DNA from: a virus
Lineage: Duplodnaviria; Caudoviricetes
IMG/VR virus record: IMGVR_UViG_3300032327_001202
Coordinates: 18,828 to 82,827 of that record
Direction: 5' to 3' (one strand)
DNA: 64,000 nt
The position numbers and the translations under genes are program-made. Within the stretch, counting starts at the first letter, position 1. Each line of letters opens with the position of its first letter. The notes beneath the pieces are model-generated. The model did not search any database, was not told the DNA's origin, and was given only the letters and a program-made list of their open reading frames with translations. Positions 37,692-48,546 of the stretch are shown one piece after another.

Positions 37692-38300
37692 ATGAAATAT
37701 TTAAAAATATTTGAAGAATTTGAGGATAAAGTATTAGTTATTGTAGATGTTCAAAAATCTTTTAAGAAATACTTTAATGATATTTATTTAGAAGAATTAA
37801 AAAAATATTGTGCGGAATTTACAGAAGTTTATCAAATATACGATAATCATATTTTTGATAAACCAGGAACAGATTTTATGTTTTCTGATAATCCTATAAA
37901 ACCTATTTTTGATGAATTATATAATTTTAATGAAGTTGATATAATAGAAAAACGTTATCATAATGAACACCATTTAGTTTATTACAAATCTTATTTAACT
38001 AATGAAGTTTATAGAACTATTGTTGAAAGACAAAAAAATAATTTGTTAAAAGTTGGTGATATGTTTGATACTAAACACGGAACTAAAATAATTTTTGTAA
38101 ACCATAAACATATGTGGTTTCATTTAACTAAAAAAATGATAAATTTCTTTAATAAATTAAAAGGAAGAAAAATTATTTTAGTAGGTGGTGCTATAGACCA
38201 TTGTTTAAAAGATATAGAAGTTTCTATGGAAACATTTGTATTAGATATAACTATACAACACAAATTTATTTATAGTGGTACTTACTGTTATTTTAGTTAA
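37692..38300 (+). CDS. Isochorismatase/cysteine-hydrolase (nicotinamidase-like) family protein
   Basis: LVIVDVQKSF, IIEKRY, LVGGAIDHCL (Asp-Lys-Cys triad pattern); CTS-like leader MKYLKIFEEF. Confidence 0.7.
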   Translation: MKYLKIFEEFEDKVLVIVDVQKSFKKYFNDIYLEELKKYCAEFTEVYQIYDNHIFDKPGTDFMFSDNPIKPIFDELYNFNEVDIIEKRYHNEHHLVYYKSYLTNEVYRTIVERQKNNLLKVGDMFDTKHGTKIIFVNHKHMWFHLTKKMINFFNKLKGRKIILVGGAIDHCLKDIEVSMETFVLDITIQHKFIYSGTYCYFS

Positions 38301-38685
38301 GAACTTGATTATAAACACCTAACTTAGCATATACATCATACTTTCCTATTTTAAAATTAACATAAAGTATATCTTGATAGTTAAAAGGATCTTGTGTAAA
38401 TATACATTTTACTTCATAATTTATACCTGCTATTTCAGGAATAAATTGAATGATCTGATCATTTATTGATTTTTGAACATATTCAGCACTTACTGTAGTA
38501 TTAAAAATTAAAGATTCTAAATTAGCACCTAATTTTGGTTCGCCATAAACTTCTCCTTGATTAGTAAAAAGAATTATTTCATATTTCTGAATAATCATTT
38601 GCATTATATCATCTTCTTCTATTACAGAAGAATTAAATCTAGGATGTCCATCGTATAGTATATAAAAATCTTTAAAGTCAAACAT
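38293..38685 (-). CDS. gp25: Baseplate wedge gp25-like protein
   Basis: ILFTNQGEVYGEPKLGANL..L.F pattern of the gp25/GPW family. Confidence 0.75.
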   Translation of the reverse strand: MFDFKDFYILYDGHPRFNSSVIEEDDIMQMIIQKYEIILFTNQGEVYGEPKLGANLESLIFNTTVSAEYVQKSINDQIIQFIPEIAGINYEVKCIFTQDPFNYQDILYVNFKIGKYDVYAKLGVYNQVLN

Positions 38686-38712
38686 AAAATATATATTAAA
38701 ATATATATTCTT

Positions 38713-39690
38713 TTATTTAAACAAATCTTTTAATTTACCAATTAAAGTCATTCCAACAACTACAGGATCTGTATTAGTATCTAATAATTTATGATATTCT
38801 GAAATAATATAATTAACTTCAAATAATTTATCCATGTTTTCTCTTTTTTCATTAAATACCCAATTGATAAAATCACGACTAAATAATTGGAACATTTCGT
38901 CAATATTATCTTGACCAAAATTATCCATCATAAAGTGATATATCTTTTCATAATCCATATCACTAAATACAACATTATATAAATCTGTTTTTAATTTAGC
39001 ATTAATGGAATTATTACTTGTTACTTCACCTGTTAATTTAAACTGTTGTAAAGCATTTATTATAGATCTAAAATCAGGAAAATTTCTGTTAATTAACTTT
39101 ACTAAATTTTCTTTATTAATTTCTATTTCTTCTTTAACACATATTTCATTCATTATTCTTTTATACAAAGAATTTTTTAAGAACTTTTCTTCTTCACCAT
39201 TTATTGTATTAAAGTTAATACAAGTCATTCTTGACTTAATACCATCTGATACTTTATTTATATTATTTGTATTAAAAATAAATCTAACATTCTTATTAGA
39301 AAAATCTTCAATATAAACTTTTAATGCATCTTGATATTGAATTGAAGATCTTTCAAACTCATCTAAAAATACATATTTTATATCATCTTTTGTTATTTCG
39401 GAATCTAAGTCTATCCCTGTATATACTTTAGAACAGAAATCATCAACTTTAGTTCTTAAATCATCAATTGAAGAATAGTAAGAATTATTTAATTCTAAAT
39501 AAGGTTTATCTTTTGAATATTTACCAATTAAAATTCTTGCTAATGAAGTTTTACCTGTTCCAGGTGTTCCATAAAATACATAATTAGCGGTTATTTCTCC
39601 ATTCGGAAAAAACTTTTGGATTCTTGGTATAATAACCAAATCTTCTAATTTTTTAGGTCTCCATCTCTCGTTTAGTAGTAATTGTTTCAT
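38713..39690 (-). CDS. gp44: Clamp loader AAA+ subunit (T4 gp44/RFC-like)
   Basis: ERWRPKKLED, GTPGTGKTS, FLDEFE, IKSRM, NFPDFR. Confidence 0.92.
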   Translation of the reverse strand: MKQLLLNERWRPKKLEDLVIIPRIQKFFPNGEITANYVFYGTPGTGKTSLARILIGKYSKDKPYLELNNSYYSSIDDLRTKVDDFCSKVYTGIDLDSEITKDDIKYVFLDEFERSSIQYQDALKVYIEDFSNKNVRFIFNTNNINKVSDGIKSRMTCINFNTINGEEEKFLKNSLYKRIMNEICVKEEIEINKENLVKLINRNFPDFRSIINALQQFKLTGEVTSNNSINAKLKTDLYNVVFSDMDYEKIYHFMMDNFGQDNIDEMFQLFSRDFINWVFNEKRENMDKLFEVNYIISEYHKLLDTNTDPVVVGMTLIGKLKDLFK

Positions 39691-39720
39691 ATAAAATTAT
39701 ATTATTTTTTAAGGAAAAAG

Positions 39721-40686
39721 TTAAAAAATAATATAGTCGTATATTCTAGATAATTCATGATATACATAAATATCATTATTAAATTCATCATTATTATAGT
39801 CATTACCTATAGTTAGGTAATGACTTTCAGAATAAGGTTTATTGTCTCTTATAAATTTATCTATAATTTCATTAGAATTTAATAAAAATTTATTCCCAAT
39901 TTTTTCGAAATTTATTTTTATTTCTTTATAAAAATTTTTTAATTCATTAAATGTTTTTATAACATATTTTTTCTTTAATATATTTTCTATAAATAAATTT
40001 GTAAATTCTAATAATTCATTAAATTCAACTTTTGTTAGAATATTATTTGAATCAAAATTAATAAGCATCATTGCTGATTTATATAAATAATTTTTTTTGA
40101 ATTCATCTTGAATCATAGATTTATCAAATGTTCTTAGATAATATAATTTATCATACAACATTCTAATTCTTGCATCTACCTCATGATCTAATGCTAAGTA
40201 ATTTAATTGCATAAAATCATGTATCCAATAATTTTTTTTATAAAAGTTTATTAATCCATTTGTATATAAAACTTTATCAAAAGATTCAAGATTATTATTA
40301 TGATATAAGTCATATATATGTTTTAATTCATGAACAATTATAGAAAATAATTGATAATAATCTATTTTAATGTCAATTATTTCTATTTTAATGTCAAAAT
40401 TTTTAAAATTATTTTTTTTAATTATGTCTTCCTGTACATAAGCATAATATTTTTTCTTATTATTATCTTTATAATCTATAATTATATCAAATATAACACC
40501 AAATGGATCAAATTCTTTAAAGTCATTTTTGTTTCTAAAATCAAAATCAAAATGGTATTTATTTATTCCTAAATTAATATTATTTTCTATTTTTTGTCTA
40601 ATAATATTCATATGCTTTTTTAAAGCAAACTCATATATTTTTTCTTCACTTTTACTAAATTCTTGATATTTTTTTAAATTATCCAT
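39721..40686 (-). CDS. HEXXH zincin-like protein, paralog A
   Basis: IIVHELKHIYD ... EVDARI; similar layout to 56584-57567. Confidence 0.6.
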   Translation of the reverse strand: MDNLKKYQEFSKSEEKIYEFALKKHMNIIRQKIENNINLGINKYHFDFDFRNKNDFKEFDPFGVIFDIIIDYKDNNKKKYYAYVQEDIIKKNNFKNFDIKIEIIDIKIDYYQLFSIIVHELKHIYDLYHNNNLESFDKVLYTNGLINFYKKNYWIHDFMQLNYLALDHEVDARIRMLYDKLYYLRTFDKSMIQDEFKKNYLYKSAMMLINFDSNNILTKVEFNELLEFTNLFIENILKKKYVIKTFNELKNFYKEIKINFEKIGNKFLLNSNEIIDKFIRDNKPYSESHYLTIGNDYNNDEFNNDIYVYHELSRIYDYIIF

Positions 40687-40815
40687 ATATTATATATTTT
40701 TTAAGAAAAGTATCTTTATTTTAAATAATATATTTTTACATGTAAAAGTTTAAAAAATACATTTTTCACATGTAAAAAATACAAGAGGAAAACACCATTT
40801 TAATATATAATTAAA

Positions 40816-41124
40816 ATGTCAAAAAAATTAACACAAGAAGAATATATAGAAAAAGTTAGGTTTATTCATAATAATAGTTATGAATATTCAAAAACTATCT
40901 ATACTGGTAATAAGAATAAATTAATTATTACTTGTATAGAATATGATGGAAAGCAACATTTCGAATCAATTGAATATTTTGGTAGTGAAGAATCATTAAA
41001 AAAGAAAAAAATAAAAGATTTTATTAAAGATAATTTTTGTTTAAAAAATAAAATTAATCTAATAAGAATACCTTATTATGATTTTGATAAAATTGAAAAA
41101 ATTATAGAAGAAATATGCCAATAG
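40816..41124 (+). pseudogene. Internally deleted homing endonuclease (DUF723-like N-terminus joined to the end of a PD-(D/E)xK domain)
   Basis: ..YTGNKNKLIITC joined directly to IEYDGKQH..LIRIPY; zinc fingers and the catalytic D are missing compared with 9465-10568. Confidence 0.75.
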
Positions 41125-41903
41125 GTCAAAAACACAATGCCGACGACAGTTTTTTCCGGGACCTAATTTTATGTGTTTTAGATACTTTAGAATCTGAGTT
41201 AATGTGGGTTAATAGATTTTCAAGTGGTAATATAGAAGTATCTGTGCCTATTTATTATTCTCTAACTGGTGATGAAAGATTTTTATTAGATTCATTTGTT
41301 GATGATGTTGTATCTGATAATAGATATGTTGAATTAAATACTGATAAAATACCAAGAGGTCATTTAACGATGACTGGATTTGATATTTTGTCTGATAGAT
41401 TTAATAATCCAAATGTTTGGTTAAAAACTGTAATTGATGATAATGAGGAAATAAAAAAAGTTTTGACAAAAATTAAAGCTATTCCTTTGAGTGTAAAATT
41501 TGATTTAGTAATTTTATTAGCAAATGAAATAGATTATTTTAAATGTAGTCAAGCTATTTTAGATTCTTTTTCATTTTATAGATATATTCAATTTGAGTAT
41601 AATTATATGAATATAGATGCTATGATTATATTACCTGATACAAAAACACTTGAGTTTTCAAGAGAAAAGAACATGACATCAGACAACTCACTTAAATTAA
41701 CAATGCAATTTGAGGTATCTACTTATTACCCTGCTTATAGAAGACCAAAAAGTAATTTAGAACTTAATGATAAAAATATGACGTGGTCAAATGCTTTTAA
41801 TTATGATGGATTTAAATCAAATAATAAAGATTTGATAGTAAATCCAAAGAAAAGTAAGTGGTGGAGTAATTTACTAAGAGTACAAAAAAGAAATAATGAG
41901 TAA
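41115..41903 (+). CDS. Tail completion / sheath-stabiliser gp15-like protein
   Basis: IEVSVPIYY..E.FL..KIPRG pattern resembles T4 gp15. Confidence 0.55.
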   Translation: MPIGQKHNADDSFFRDLILCVLDTLESELMWVNRFSSGNIEVSVPIYYSLTGDERFLLDSFVDDVVSDNRYVELNTDKIPRGHLTMTGFDILSDRFNNPNVWLKTVIDDNEEIKKVLTKIKAIPLSVKFDLVILLANEIDYFKCSQAILDSFSFYRYIQFEYNYMNIDAMIILPDTKTLEFSREKNMTSDNSLKLTMQFEVSTYYPAYRRPKSNLELNDKNMTWSNAFNYDGFKSNNKDLIVNPKKSKWWSNLLRVQKRNNE

Positions 41904-41975
41904 TTGTTTTTCTAAAATAGAAATAAATGACTTTTTATATAAAATATATACTAATAACAAAAATAATAAATATTC

Positions 41976-43259
41976 ATGAAAAATATTAAATTGGAAATTT
42001 TTAACTTTCGTAAAAGTTTATCTATTGAGCAAGAAGAAGTATCTAACATATTAGAAGCTTATCTAGGTTCTCTTAATGATATATCAGAAAAACAAACTGT
42101 TCTTTCGCTTAATGAAAGATTAAAAACATATACTTATGATAAAGGAGTAAAATCTTTTTTAGAAGCATTAAATAATGATATGAAAGAATATCAATTAGTA
42201 TATGAATTAAAACATTTATATAGTGTATTAAATACTAAAAATCAAGGTGAACTTTATAGACAACCTATTAATGTTATCTTACAAACTATCAATTTAGATT
42301 CTGATTCTGACAGAATGTCAAAAGTATTAAACGAATTAGCAATTTATGATTGGGTTCCTGAGATTAAATTATTCGTACATAACTTAACAAAATCTCCTGA
42401 ACAAAGAGCTAACTTATTATCAGGGGGTAAGGGAGAACCTATTTATACATTAGTAGAACAAGTAGAAAATGGATATATCTGTTTAATTAGAGATTCATGG
42501 TTTTTCTTAAGTGATGATAACATCGAAAAAACTTTAGTAGAAACTCATGTTAAAGATGAAAGTAAAATCCTTTTATTAAGAACTTTATCAACTGCAATGC
42601 AGTATTCAAATATCACGGCTGAAAGAGTTAATTTTAGAATTTCAGAAAATTTAACAATCGGCTTATCAGTATCAAAGAAAGGGCAAATTTATATCAATGA
42701 AGATTTATTAAATAAAGAAACAACATTAGAAAGTTTATTCAATTCTCCAATCGTGCCATTAATAAATAAAAATTTCTATCCATTAATTGTTGAAACTGCA
42801 AATAATTTAGACAAATTCGTGGAATTAGATATAGTTAAAAAAGTATCAAATATAGTTAATCCTTATTTAGAAGCTTATGTATTCAATTATAAAGACGCAT
42901 CTTATATTTATCGTTGCGATGAAAGATTTGGGCATTCATTATTCAAATATGATTCAGTTTTAGAAATAGTAAATGAAATTAAAAATGACTTAAATTACGA
43001 TTTAACATATTTCTTTGAAAATAAATTAGATAAAGAATTAATTAGCAAAAGAAAATTAGAAGATAAAGAAAGAGAAATAGTTCTTAAATTAGAAGATATT
43101 AAATTCAATATTAGTAAAATTAAAACATCTTTACAATATATCGGTGAATCAGAAACTTTATCAACTGCATTAGTTAATTTAGAAAAAAGAGAAAACACAT
43201 TATCTACAGAATTACAAGCTGTAAAAGAATTACAATATAACGAAAGAATTAAAATCTAA
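41976..43259 (+). CDS. Hypothetical protein (coiled-coil C-terminus)
   Basis: 427-aa ORF preceded by an AATATATA motif. Confidence 0.75.
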   Translation: MKNIKLEIFNFRKSLSIEQEEVSNILEAYLGSLNDISEKQTVLSLNERLKTYTYDKGVKSFLEALNNDMKEYQLVYELKHLYSVLNTKNQGELYRQPINVILQTINLDSDSDRMSKVLNELAIYDWVPEIKLFVHNLTKSPEQRANLLSGGKGEPIYTLVEQVENGYICLIRDSWFFLSDDNIEKTLVETHVKDESKILLLRTLSTAMQYSNITAERVNFRISENLTIGLSVSKKGQIYINEDLLNKETTLESLFNSPIVPLINKNFYPLIVETANNLDKFVELDIVKKVSNIVNPYLEAYVFNYKDASYIYRCDERFGHSLFKYDSVLEIVNEIKNDLNYDLTYFFENKLDKELISKRKLEDKEREIVLKLEDIKFNISKIKTSLQYIGESETLSTALVNLEKRENTLSTELQAVKELQYNERIKI

Positions 43260-43277
43260 TCAAATAAAATAACGGCA

Positions 43278-43313
43278 AAGACCTATGTATTTTTATACAT
43301 AGGTCTTTTTTTG
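43278..43313 (+). terminator. Terminator
   Basis: AAAGACCTATGTA-TTTT-TATACATAGGTCTTT followed by T-run. Confidence 0.75.
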
Positions 43314-43361
43314 TTAAACTTTTTATCAAAAAAGTCTATAGTATAAAAATAATATCTACAA

Positions 43362-43727
43362 ATGTATTTACAAAACAAAGAACTTTTCATTGAAATTGTT
43401 ATTTCAAAAGCTCAAGGAAAATTAACTAATCCCGCTAAAAAAATGTTAGAAATGTTAGCTAAAAAAACAATTAAAAAATTTAGATATTACAACAACGAAG
43501 ATAAAATGGATTGCTACCAATCTGCTTTATTAGATATGTTTTCTAATTGGTATAATTTTAATGATGAAAAAAGTGATAATGCTTTTGCTTATTTTACTGA
43601 GATATTTAAAAGAGGTAGTGCGAAAGGACTTAATCAAATCTATGTAAAAAAAGGAGATTCATTAAATCAAATAAAAGTAATTAGTATAGAATCATCAAAT
43701 GATGGTCAAGGACTTCACTCAATTTAA
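43362..43727 (+). CDS. gp55: Late-transcription sigma factor (T4 gp55-like), short
   Basis: YLQNKEL.. and NF..EKS.NAFAYFTEI motifs characteristic of gp55. Confidence 0.7.
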   Translation: MYLQNKELFIEIVISKAQGKLTNPAKKMLEMLAKKTIKKFRYYNNEDKMDCYQSALLDMFSNWYNFNDEKSDNAFAYFTEIFKRGSAKGLNQIYVKKGDSLNQIKVISIESSNDGQGLHSI

Positions 43728-43730
43728 TTA

Positions 43731-43757
43731 AAAAAAAGTAGGCAATGCCTACTTTTT
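43731..43757. terminator. Bidirectional terminator
   Basis: AAAAAAAGTAGGC-AAT-GCCTACTTTTTT. Confidence 0.75.
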
Positions 43758-44030
43758 TGCTTTATGTAATAACATTTCTAAATTATCTTTAGTAAAATCT
43801 TTAAAATCTTCTTTACCACCATCTTTTAAATAAGCATTATATAACTCTTGATATTCATATAATGTATAATATTTTCCTGTAGTTTCGGAAAATAAAACTC
43901 CTGTATCTTTAGCATCTATTCCTATATCTAATACTTGATTACCATATGCCGGTCCTATACTTCCTGCACCAACAGGTATTTCTGCTCCACTAATGGATTC
44001 TACAAACTTGTTAAATTTTTTAATTATCAT
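43749..44030 (-). CDS. Hypothetical protein with CTS-like leader
   Basis: MIIKKFNKFVES. Confidence 0.7.
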   Translation of the reverse strand: MIIKKFNKFVESISGAEIPVGAGSIGPAYGNQVLDIGIDAKDTGVLFSETTGKYYTLYEYQELYNAYLKDGGKEDFKDFTKDNLEMLLHKAKK

Positions 44031-44436
44031 CAGTTTCTATTTTTTCATAAAATTCATCACTTTCGGTTAATAAAAAGTGATCATTTTTGCATACATAATT
44101 TATGTGATAAAGATAATTATCTTTTACTTCACAACGTTTTTGATTTTCTAATAAAAGAAAATCTCTATCTTTTTTATTTATAACTTCTAAAACTTTGTCA
44201 TTGTATGCTTGAAGATTACATATCATATCTTTTTTATCTAACAAATATTTAACTTGTGAAATAAAATCGTATTTTGATAAATATAAATAATCTTTTATAT
44301 AATCTAAATTATAGTTATCTAAAAATTTCTTTTCACATGTAGATATAATTTCATTTTTAGATATTTTATCCAAAATTTGATTTAATGCATACACTTTATC
44401 AGTGTCTCTCTTAAAAAAATATTTTAACCTCTTCAT
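44020..44436 (-). CDS. Hypothetical protein
   Basis: 138-aa ORF. Confidence 0.65.
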   Translation of the reverse strand: MKRLKYFFKRDTDKVYALNQILDKISKNEIISTCEKKFLDNYNLDYIKDYLYLSKYDFISQVKYLLDKKDMICNLQAYNDKVLEVINKKDRDFLLLENQKRCEVKDNYLYHINYVCKNDHFLLTESDEFYEKIETDDN

Positions 44437-44486
44437 ATATGTATATATTATTATTTTATATATAAGATTAATAACTAACCTAAAAA

Positions 44487-47400
44487 ATGGATAAAAAACT
44501 ATTAGATGCTTTTAATAATTTGAGTAAAGCCTTAGATTTACTTGCTAATACATTAGATAAAAATAAAAAAAGCAAAGAATCTGGGTCGGCTACTGGAGAT
44601 GCTTTAAAAAATAAAGAAATTAAGGATATTGCTACGCAGATAAAAGATATTAGTGATGGTGTCAAATCATTAAAAAGTGATAATAAAAAGATTTTAGCCA
44701 ATCAAAAAACTTTATTAGACTTAGCAAGAAAACCACAAAAAGGAGTTGAAAGTAAAACAGGCGCAGTTGAAGATGCAGGAGATCCTAATAAGAATAAACG
44801 TATTAAAGATGGTGCTTTAATGATAGTTGGGATAGCAGTTGCTGTATTAGCAATTGGTCTGGCATTTAAACTAATAGGTAAAATTGATGTAGGTAGTGTA
44901 TTAGCTCTTTCTTTAGCAATACCGTTAATAGCATATGCTTTTGAAAGAGTTTCTAAATTAAAATTAAATTATAGAGATATATTAAGTACTTCTTTAGCAT
45001 TAATAGCAATTGCTGGTGTTCTTACGATAGCATCATTCATTATGCAATATATTCGTCCTATTTCATTTGCACAAGGGTTTACAGCTATTTTTATAGCTAC
45101 AACATTTGTTGCTATATCTTTTGGTATAAGACGAATTGTAGATGGTTTCAAAAGTATTAATCCAATTCAACTTATAAAACTACCTGTTATATTGATAACT
45201 TTATCATTGGCTATAACAGGTGCATCAATGATTATGCAAGGTATTATACCAATTACTTTTACACAAGGTTTAACTGCTATATTTATAGCAGCTACTTTTG
45301 CTGTAGTTTCTTTTGGTATTAGTAAACTAGTTTCAGGATTAAAAGATATTACTAGTGAACAAATAATAGAATTACCAATAGTGTTAATAACATTAGCTCT
45401 TGCTATAACTGTGGCATCTATTATTATGCAAGCAATTACTCCAATTACTATTGCTCAAGGTTTAACTGCTATATTAATAGCGGCTACTTTTGCTGTAGTT
45501 TCTTTCGGTATTGGTAAATTATTATCTGGATTAAAAGATGTTACAGTAGGTGAAATTATTGAGTTACCTCTTGTTTTAGTTACATTATCTATAGCTATTG
45601 TTGCTTCATCTTATATATTACAATTAACTATGCCAATAAAATTTGGTACATTATTATCTGTAATTGAAATTGCTTTAACAATGGCAATTGCTTCTACTAT
45701 AATTGGGTTATCTATTTTTGTATTAAAAAAATTAGGACTAAAACCAAAAGATATTTTAGAAGGTGGAGAATCAATAGTTTTAATTGCAGCTACTATAACC
45801 GCATCCTCATGGATATTAGCATTAGGAACTTATACAAATCCTCCTGATTTTATGTGGGCTTTACAAGCTGGATTAAGTATTTTAGTATTTGGATTAGCAG
45901 TTGTTGGTATGGCATTAGTTATGACAAAATTAGGTATTGGAGTAGAAGCACTTGTAGAAGGGGGTATAGCTGTATTAGGTATAGCTGTAGTTATTGCTGC
46001 ATCTTCTCAGATATTAGGTTTAGGTAGTTATGGTAATGCTCCAACTTTTGAATGGGCGGAAGGCGTTGGTATGAGTCTTTTAGTATTTGGGTTAGCAACT
46101 CTTGCATTAGGAGCAGCAATTGAATTTTCAGGAGGATTAGCAGCCGGTGCATTACTATTAGGTGCCCCCGCTGTATTAGGCATTGCAGCATTAATAGTAG
46201 GTAGTGCAGCAATATTAAGTACAGGTAATTATGGTAAATACCCTACATTAGATTGGGCAGAAGGTGTTGGTTTAAGTTTATTAGCTTTTGGTTTAGGAGC
46301 TTTAGTAATAGGGGGTGCAATTCTTGCTACTGTTGGTTTAGGAAAATTAGCTCTAAGTATGGGGCAAGATGCTATATTATCTATAGCAAGTACAATAGTA
46401 GAAACTTCAAAAATATTTGCAAATGGTACATGGAATGGTGGTCCAACATTTGAGTGGGCTTTAGGAGTTTCCATGGCTATAGGAGCATTTTACCCACTTA
46501 TAGATAAATTAAATACAGGTGGATTATTTAGTTTATTTACAGGAGGTCTAAAATCAGAAGATATTATTAATACTATAACTGGTGTAGCAACTGGGTTAGT
46601 AATAGCAAGAGATGTTTTACAAGAAGGAACTTGGACAGGAGGTCCAACCCCTGAGTGGGCACAAGCAGTGTCGACAGGTTTATCAGCATTCATGCCTTTA
46701 ATAAATCAATTAGATAAAGGTGGTATATTTAGTATATTTACAGGAGGTCTTAAACCAGAAGACATAGTTAATTCTATAACAGGTGTTGCTTTAGGGTTGG
46801 CAGTAGCTCGTGATGTTCTTAAAGATGGTGATTGGACAGGAGGTCCAACTCCTGAATGGGCAGATGCTATATCAAAAGCATTAGGTGCTTTTGCTCCAGT
46901 ATTCGGTTATTTACATGATAATAGTGGTTGGTTCTCTGGTGGAACTGATGAAATATCAAATGGTATAACAGCAGTTGCTTGTGGTATAAGAGATGCTACT
47001 GATATATTTTCTCAAATAAAAATAACTAATTTACCAGAAGGAGATTTTATGGATACTATATCTAATTCAATTAAAAAATATATTGATTTATCAGAGTATT
47101 TAGCAACTAAAGGTATGGGTATTTCTTCATTAGGAATGATAAGTGTAGTATTTGGAATGTCTTCTATGGCAAGTGCTTATTATGAATTAGCAGAAAGTGT
47201 ATCTAAATTAACAAGTTCTATGAGAGATTTAGATTTAGATAAATTAAATGCTCTTAAATCTTTAAGTGGGAATATAGTTCTTATGTCATTAATTGATTCA
47301 GAACAATTTGGACAAATGATGGATACTTTAGAAGATAAAAGTAGTATAATTAGTAATGCATTTGATGGTATATTTGGAAAAGGAGAAGGTAAAGAAAGTG

Positions 47401-47588
47401 CAACTGTTTCTTCTGGAGGATCTAAAGGTAAAAATAACGATGACCTTTATAATATGCTAAGTTCTATGAATGGTAGTTTAGCTCAAATAGTGTCAAATAC
47501 TGGAGCATCAAATAATAATTTATCACAAATTTTAAATGAAGCTAGAGAAAGTAATAAAAAGCCAAGAATAGGGGGAAAACTTAAATAA
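44487..47588 (+). CDS. Tape-measure-like protein
   Basis: 1033 aa; Ala/Gly/Ile-rich amphipathic repeats with regularly spaced W/F; charged termini. Confidence 0.6.
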   Translation: MDKKLLDAFNNLSKALDLLANTLDKNKKSKESGSATGDALKNKEIKDIATQIKDISDGVKSLKSDNKKILANQKTLLDLARKPQKGVESKTGAVEDAGDPNKNKRIKDGALMIVGIAVAVLAIGLAFKLIGKIDVGSVLALSLAIPLIAYAFERVSKLKLNYRDILSTSLALIAIAGVLTIASFIMQYIRPISFAQGFTAIFIATTFVAISFGIRRIVDGFKSINPIQLIKLPVILITLSLAITGASMIMQGIIPITFTQGLTAIFIAATFAVVSFGISKLVSGLKDITSEQIIELPIVLITLALAITVASIIMQAITPITIAQGLTAILIAATFAVVSFGIGKLLSGLKDVTVGEIIELPLVLVTLSIAIVASSYILQLTMPIKFGTLLSVIEIALTMAIASTIIGLSIFVLKKLGLKPKDILEGGESIVLIAATITASSWILALGTYTNPPDFMWALQAGLSILVFGLAVVGMALVMTKLGIGVEALVEGGIAVLGIAVVIAASSQILGLGSYGNAPTFEWAEGVGMSLLVFGLATLALGAAIEFSGGLAAGALLLGAPAVLGIAALIVGSAAILSTGNYGKYPTLDWAEGVGLSLLAFGLGALVIGGAILATVGLGKLALSMGQDAILSIASTIVETSKIFANGTWNGGPTFEWALGVSMAIGAFYPLIDKLNTGGLFSLFTGGLKSEDIINTITGVATGLVIARDVLQEGTWTGGPTPEWAQAVSTGLSAFMPLINQLDKGGIFSIFTGGLKPEDIVNSITGVALGLAVARDVLKDGDWTGGPTPEWADAISKALGAFAPVFGYLHDNSGWFSGGTDEISNGITAVACGIRDATDIFSQIKITNLPEGDFMDTISNSIKKYIDLSEYLATKGMGISSLGMISVVFGMSSMASAYYELAESVSKLTSSMRDLDLDKLNALKSLSGNIVLMSLIDSEQFGQMMDTLEDKSSIISNAFDGIFGKGEGKESATVSSGGSKGKNNDDLYNMLSSMNGSLAQIVSNTGASNNNLSQILNEARESNKKPRIGGKLK

Positions 47589-47630
47589 TAAACTTTTTAA
47601 ACAAAAAATAAATTTTCATATATATAGTAT

Positions 47631-48059
47631 ATGAAACCAAATTTATTTAACCGACTTAAACTATTTTTTCTTTATAAATCTACTATAAATAAAAATTTAT
47701 TAACTCTAAACTCATCTTTCAATCTCAGAAAAGATTTATCTAACAGATTATATACTGTTATAAATGTACCCGTTGAAAATTTTGATGAGCCTTATAATAT
47801 AAGATCATCAGATATAAATGCTATTGCTGAAAATTATATCAGAGATTTTTGTATTAGAATTGGACAAGCTTTAGATTTTATGGGACTTAAAGAGTTATAT
47901 AAAATATATTCTATATCAAAAGTTGATAAGTATAGTTACTTAGTAATTATAGGATTTAGTTTATTTGAGACAGATAAAGTTTATAGAAATTTAATAAATT
48001 TCGGATTATTTTTAGTAGGTTGTTTTATTTTATATAAACTTTTTCATTATTTTATTTAA
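47631..48059 (+). CDS. Hypothetical protein with C-terminal transmembrane helix
   Basis: Ends NLINFGLFLVGCFILYKLFHYFI. Confidence 0.7.
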   Translation: MKPNLFNRLKLFFLYKSTINKNLLTLNSSFNLRKDLSNRLYTVINVPVENFDEPYNIRSSDINAIAENYIRDFCIRIGQALDFMGLKELYKIYSISKVDKYSYLVIIGFSLFETDKVYRNLINFGLFLVGCFILYKLFHYFI

Positions 48060-48085
48060 AATATAAACAACAAAAAATTAAAAAT

Positions 48086-48523
48086 ATGAGTAAATTTTAC
48101 GAATTAAGTGATCATACAGTATCACTATTTAACGATGTTTTCAGAAAAAAAGCATTTTCAATTGAATTAGATTTTGCATTTCAAGGAAATGAAGGTCAAA
48201 AAACTTTAGTAAAAATAAATAAAATTCCTGAGCAGTATGCTGTTCTTTTAGAAAAATCTATTTTAGTTACTATTAATGAAGAAGTGATGGGTCTAATGGA
48301 TGATGAATCAATAACAATTTTATTTGAGCAAGAATTAGATAAGATTTCTGTAAATATTGATAGTGGGAAAATTAAATTAGTAAAACCAGATCTTACAACT
48401 TTTTCATCATTAGTTATAAAATATGGTATAGAAAAAGTAAGTAAAGCAAATAGTTTAGAAACATTAGCATCTGATCAAAAAGATGATATGGATATAGATG
48501 AATTTGATATTTTAACAAAATAA
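48086..48523 (+). CDS. Degenerate phage metallopeptidase-like protein
   Basis: ILFEQELDKI...KPDLTTF..V.KYG matches the layout of the putative phage metallopeptidase family (HELxH...HD..F..V.RYG) with the His ligands replaced. Confidence 0.45.
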   Translation: MSKFYELSDHTVSLFNDVFRKKAFSIELDFAFQGNEGQKTLVKINKIPEQYAVLLEKSILVTINEEVMGLMDDESITILFEQELDKISVNIDSGKIKLVKPDLTTFSSLVIKYGIEKVSKANSLETLASDQKDDMDIDEFDILTK

Positions 48524-48546
48524 AAAATTAAAAAACAAAAATAAAT

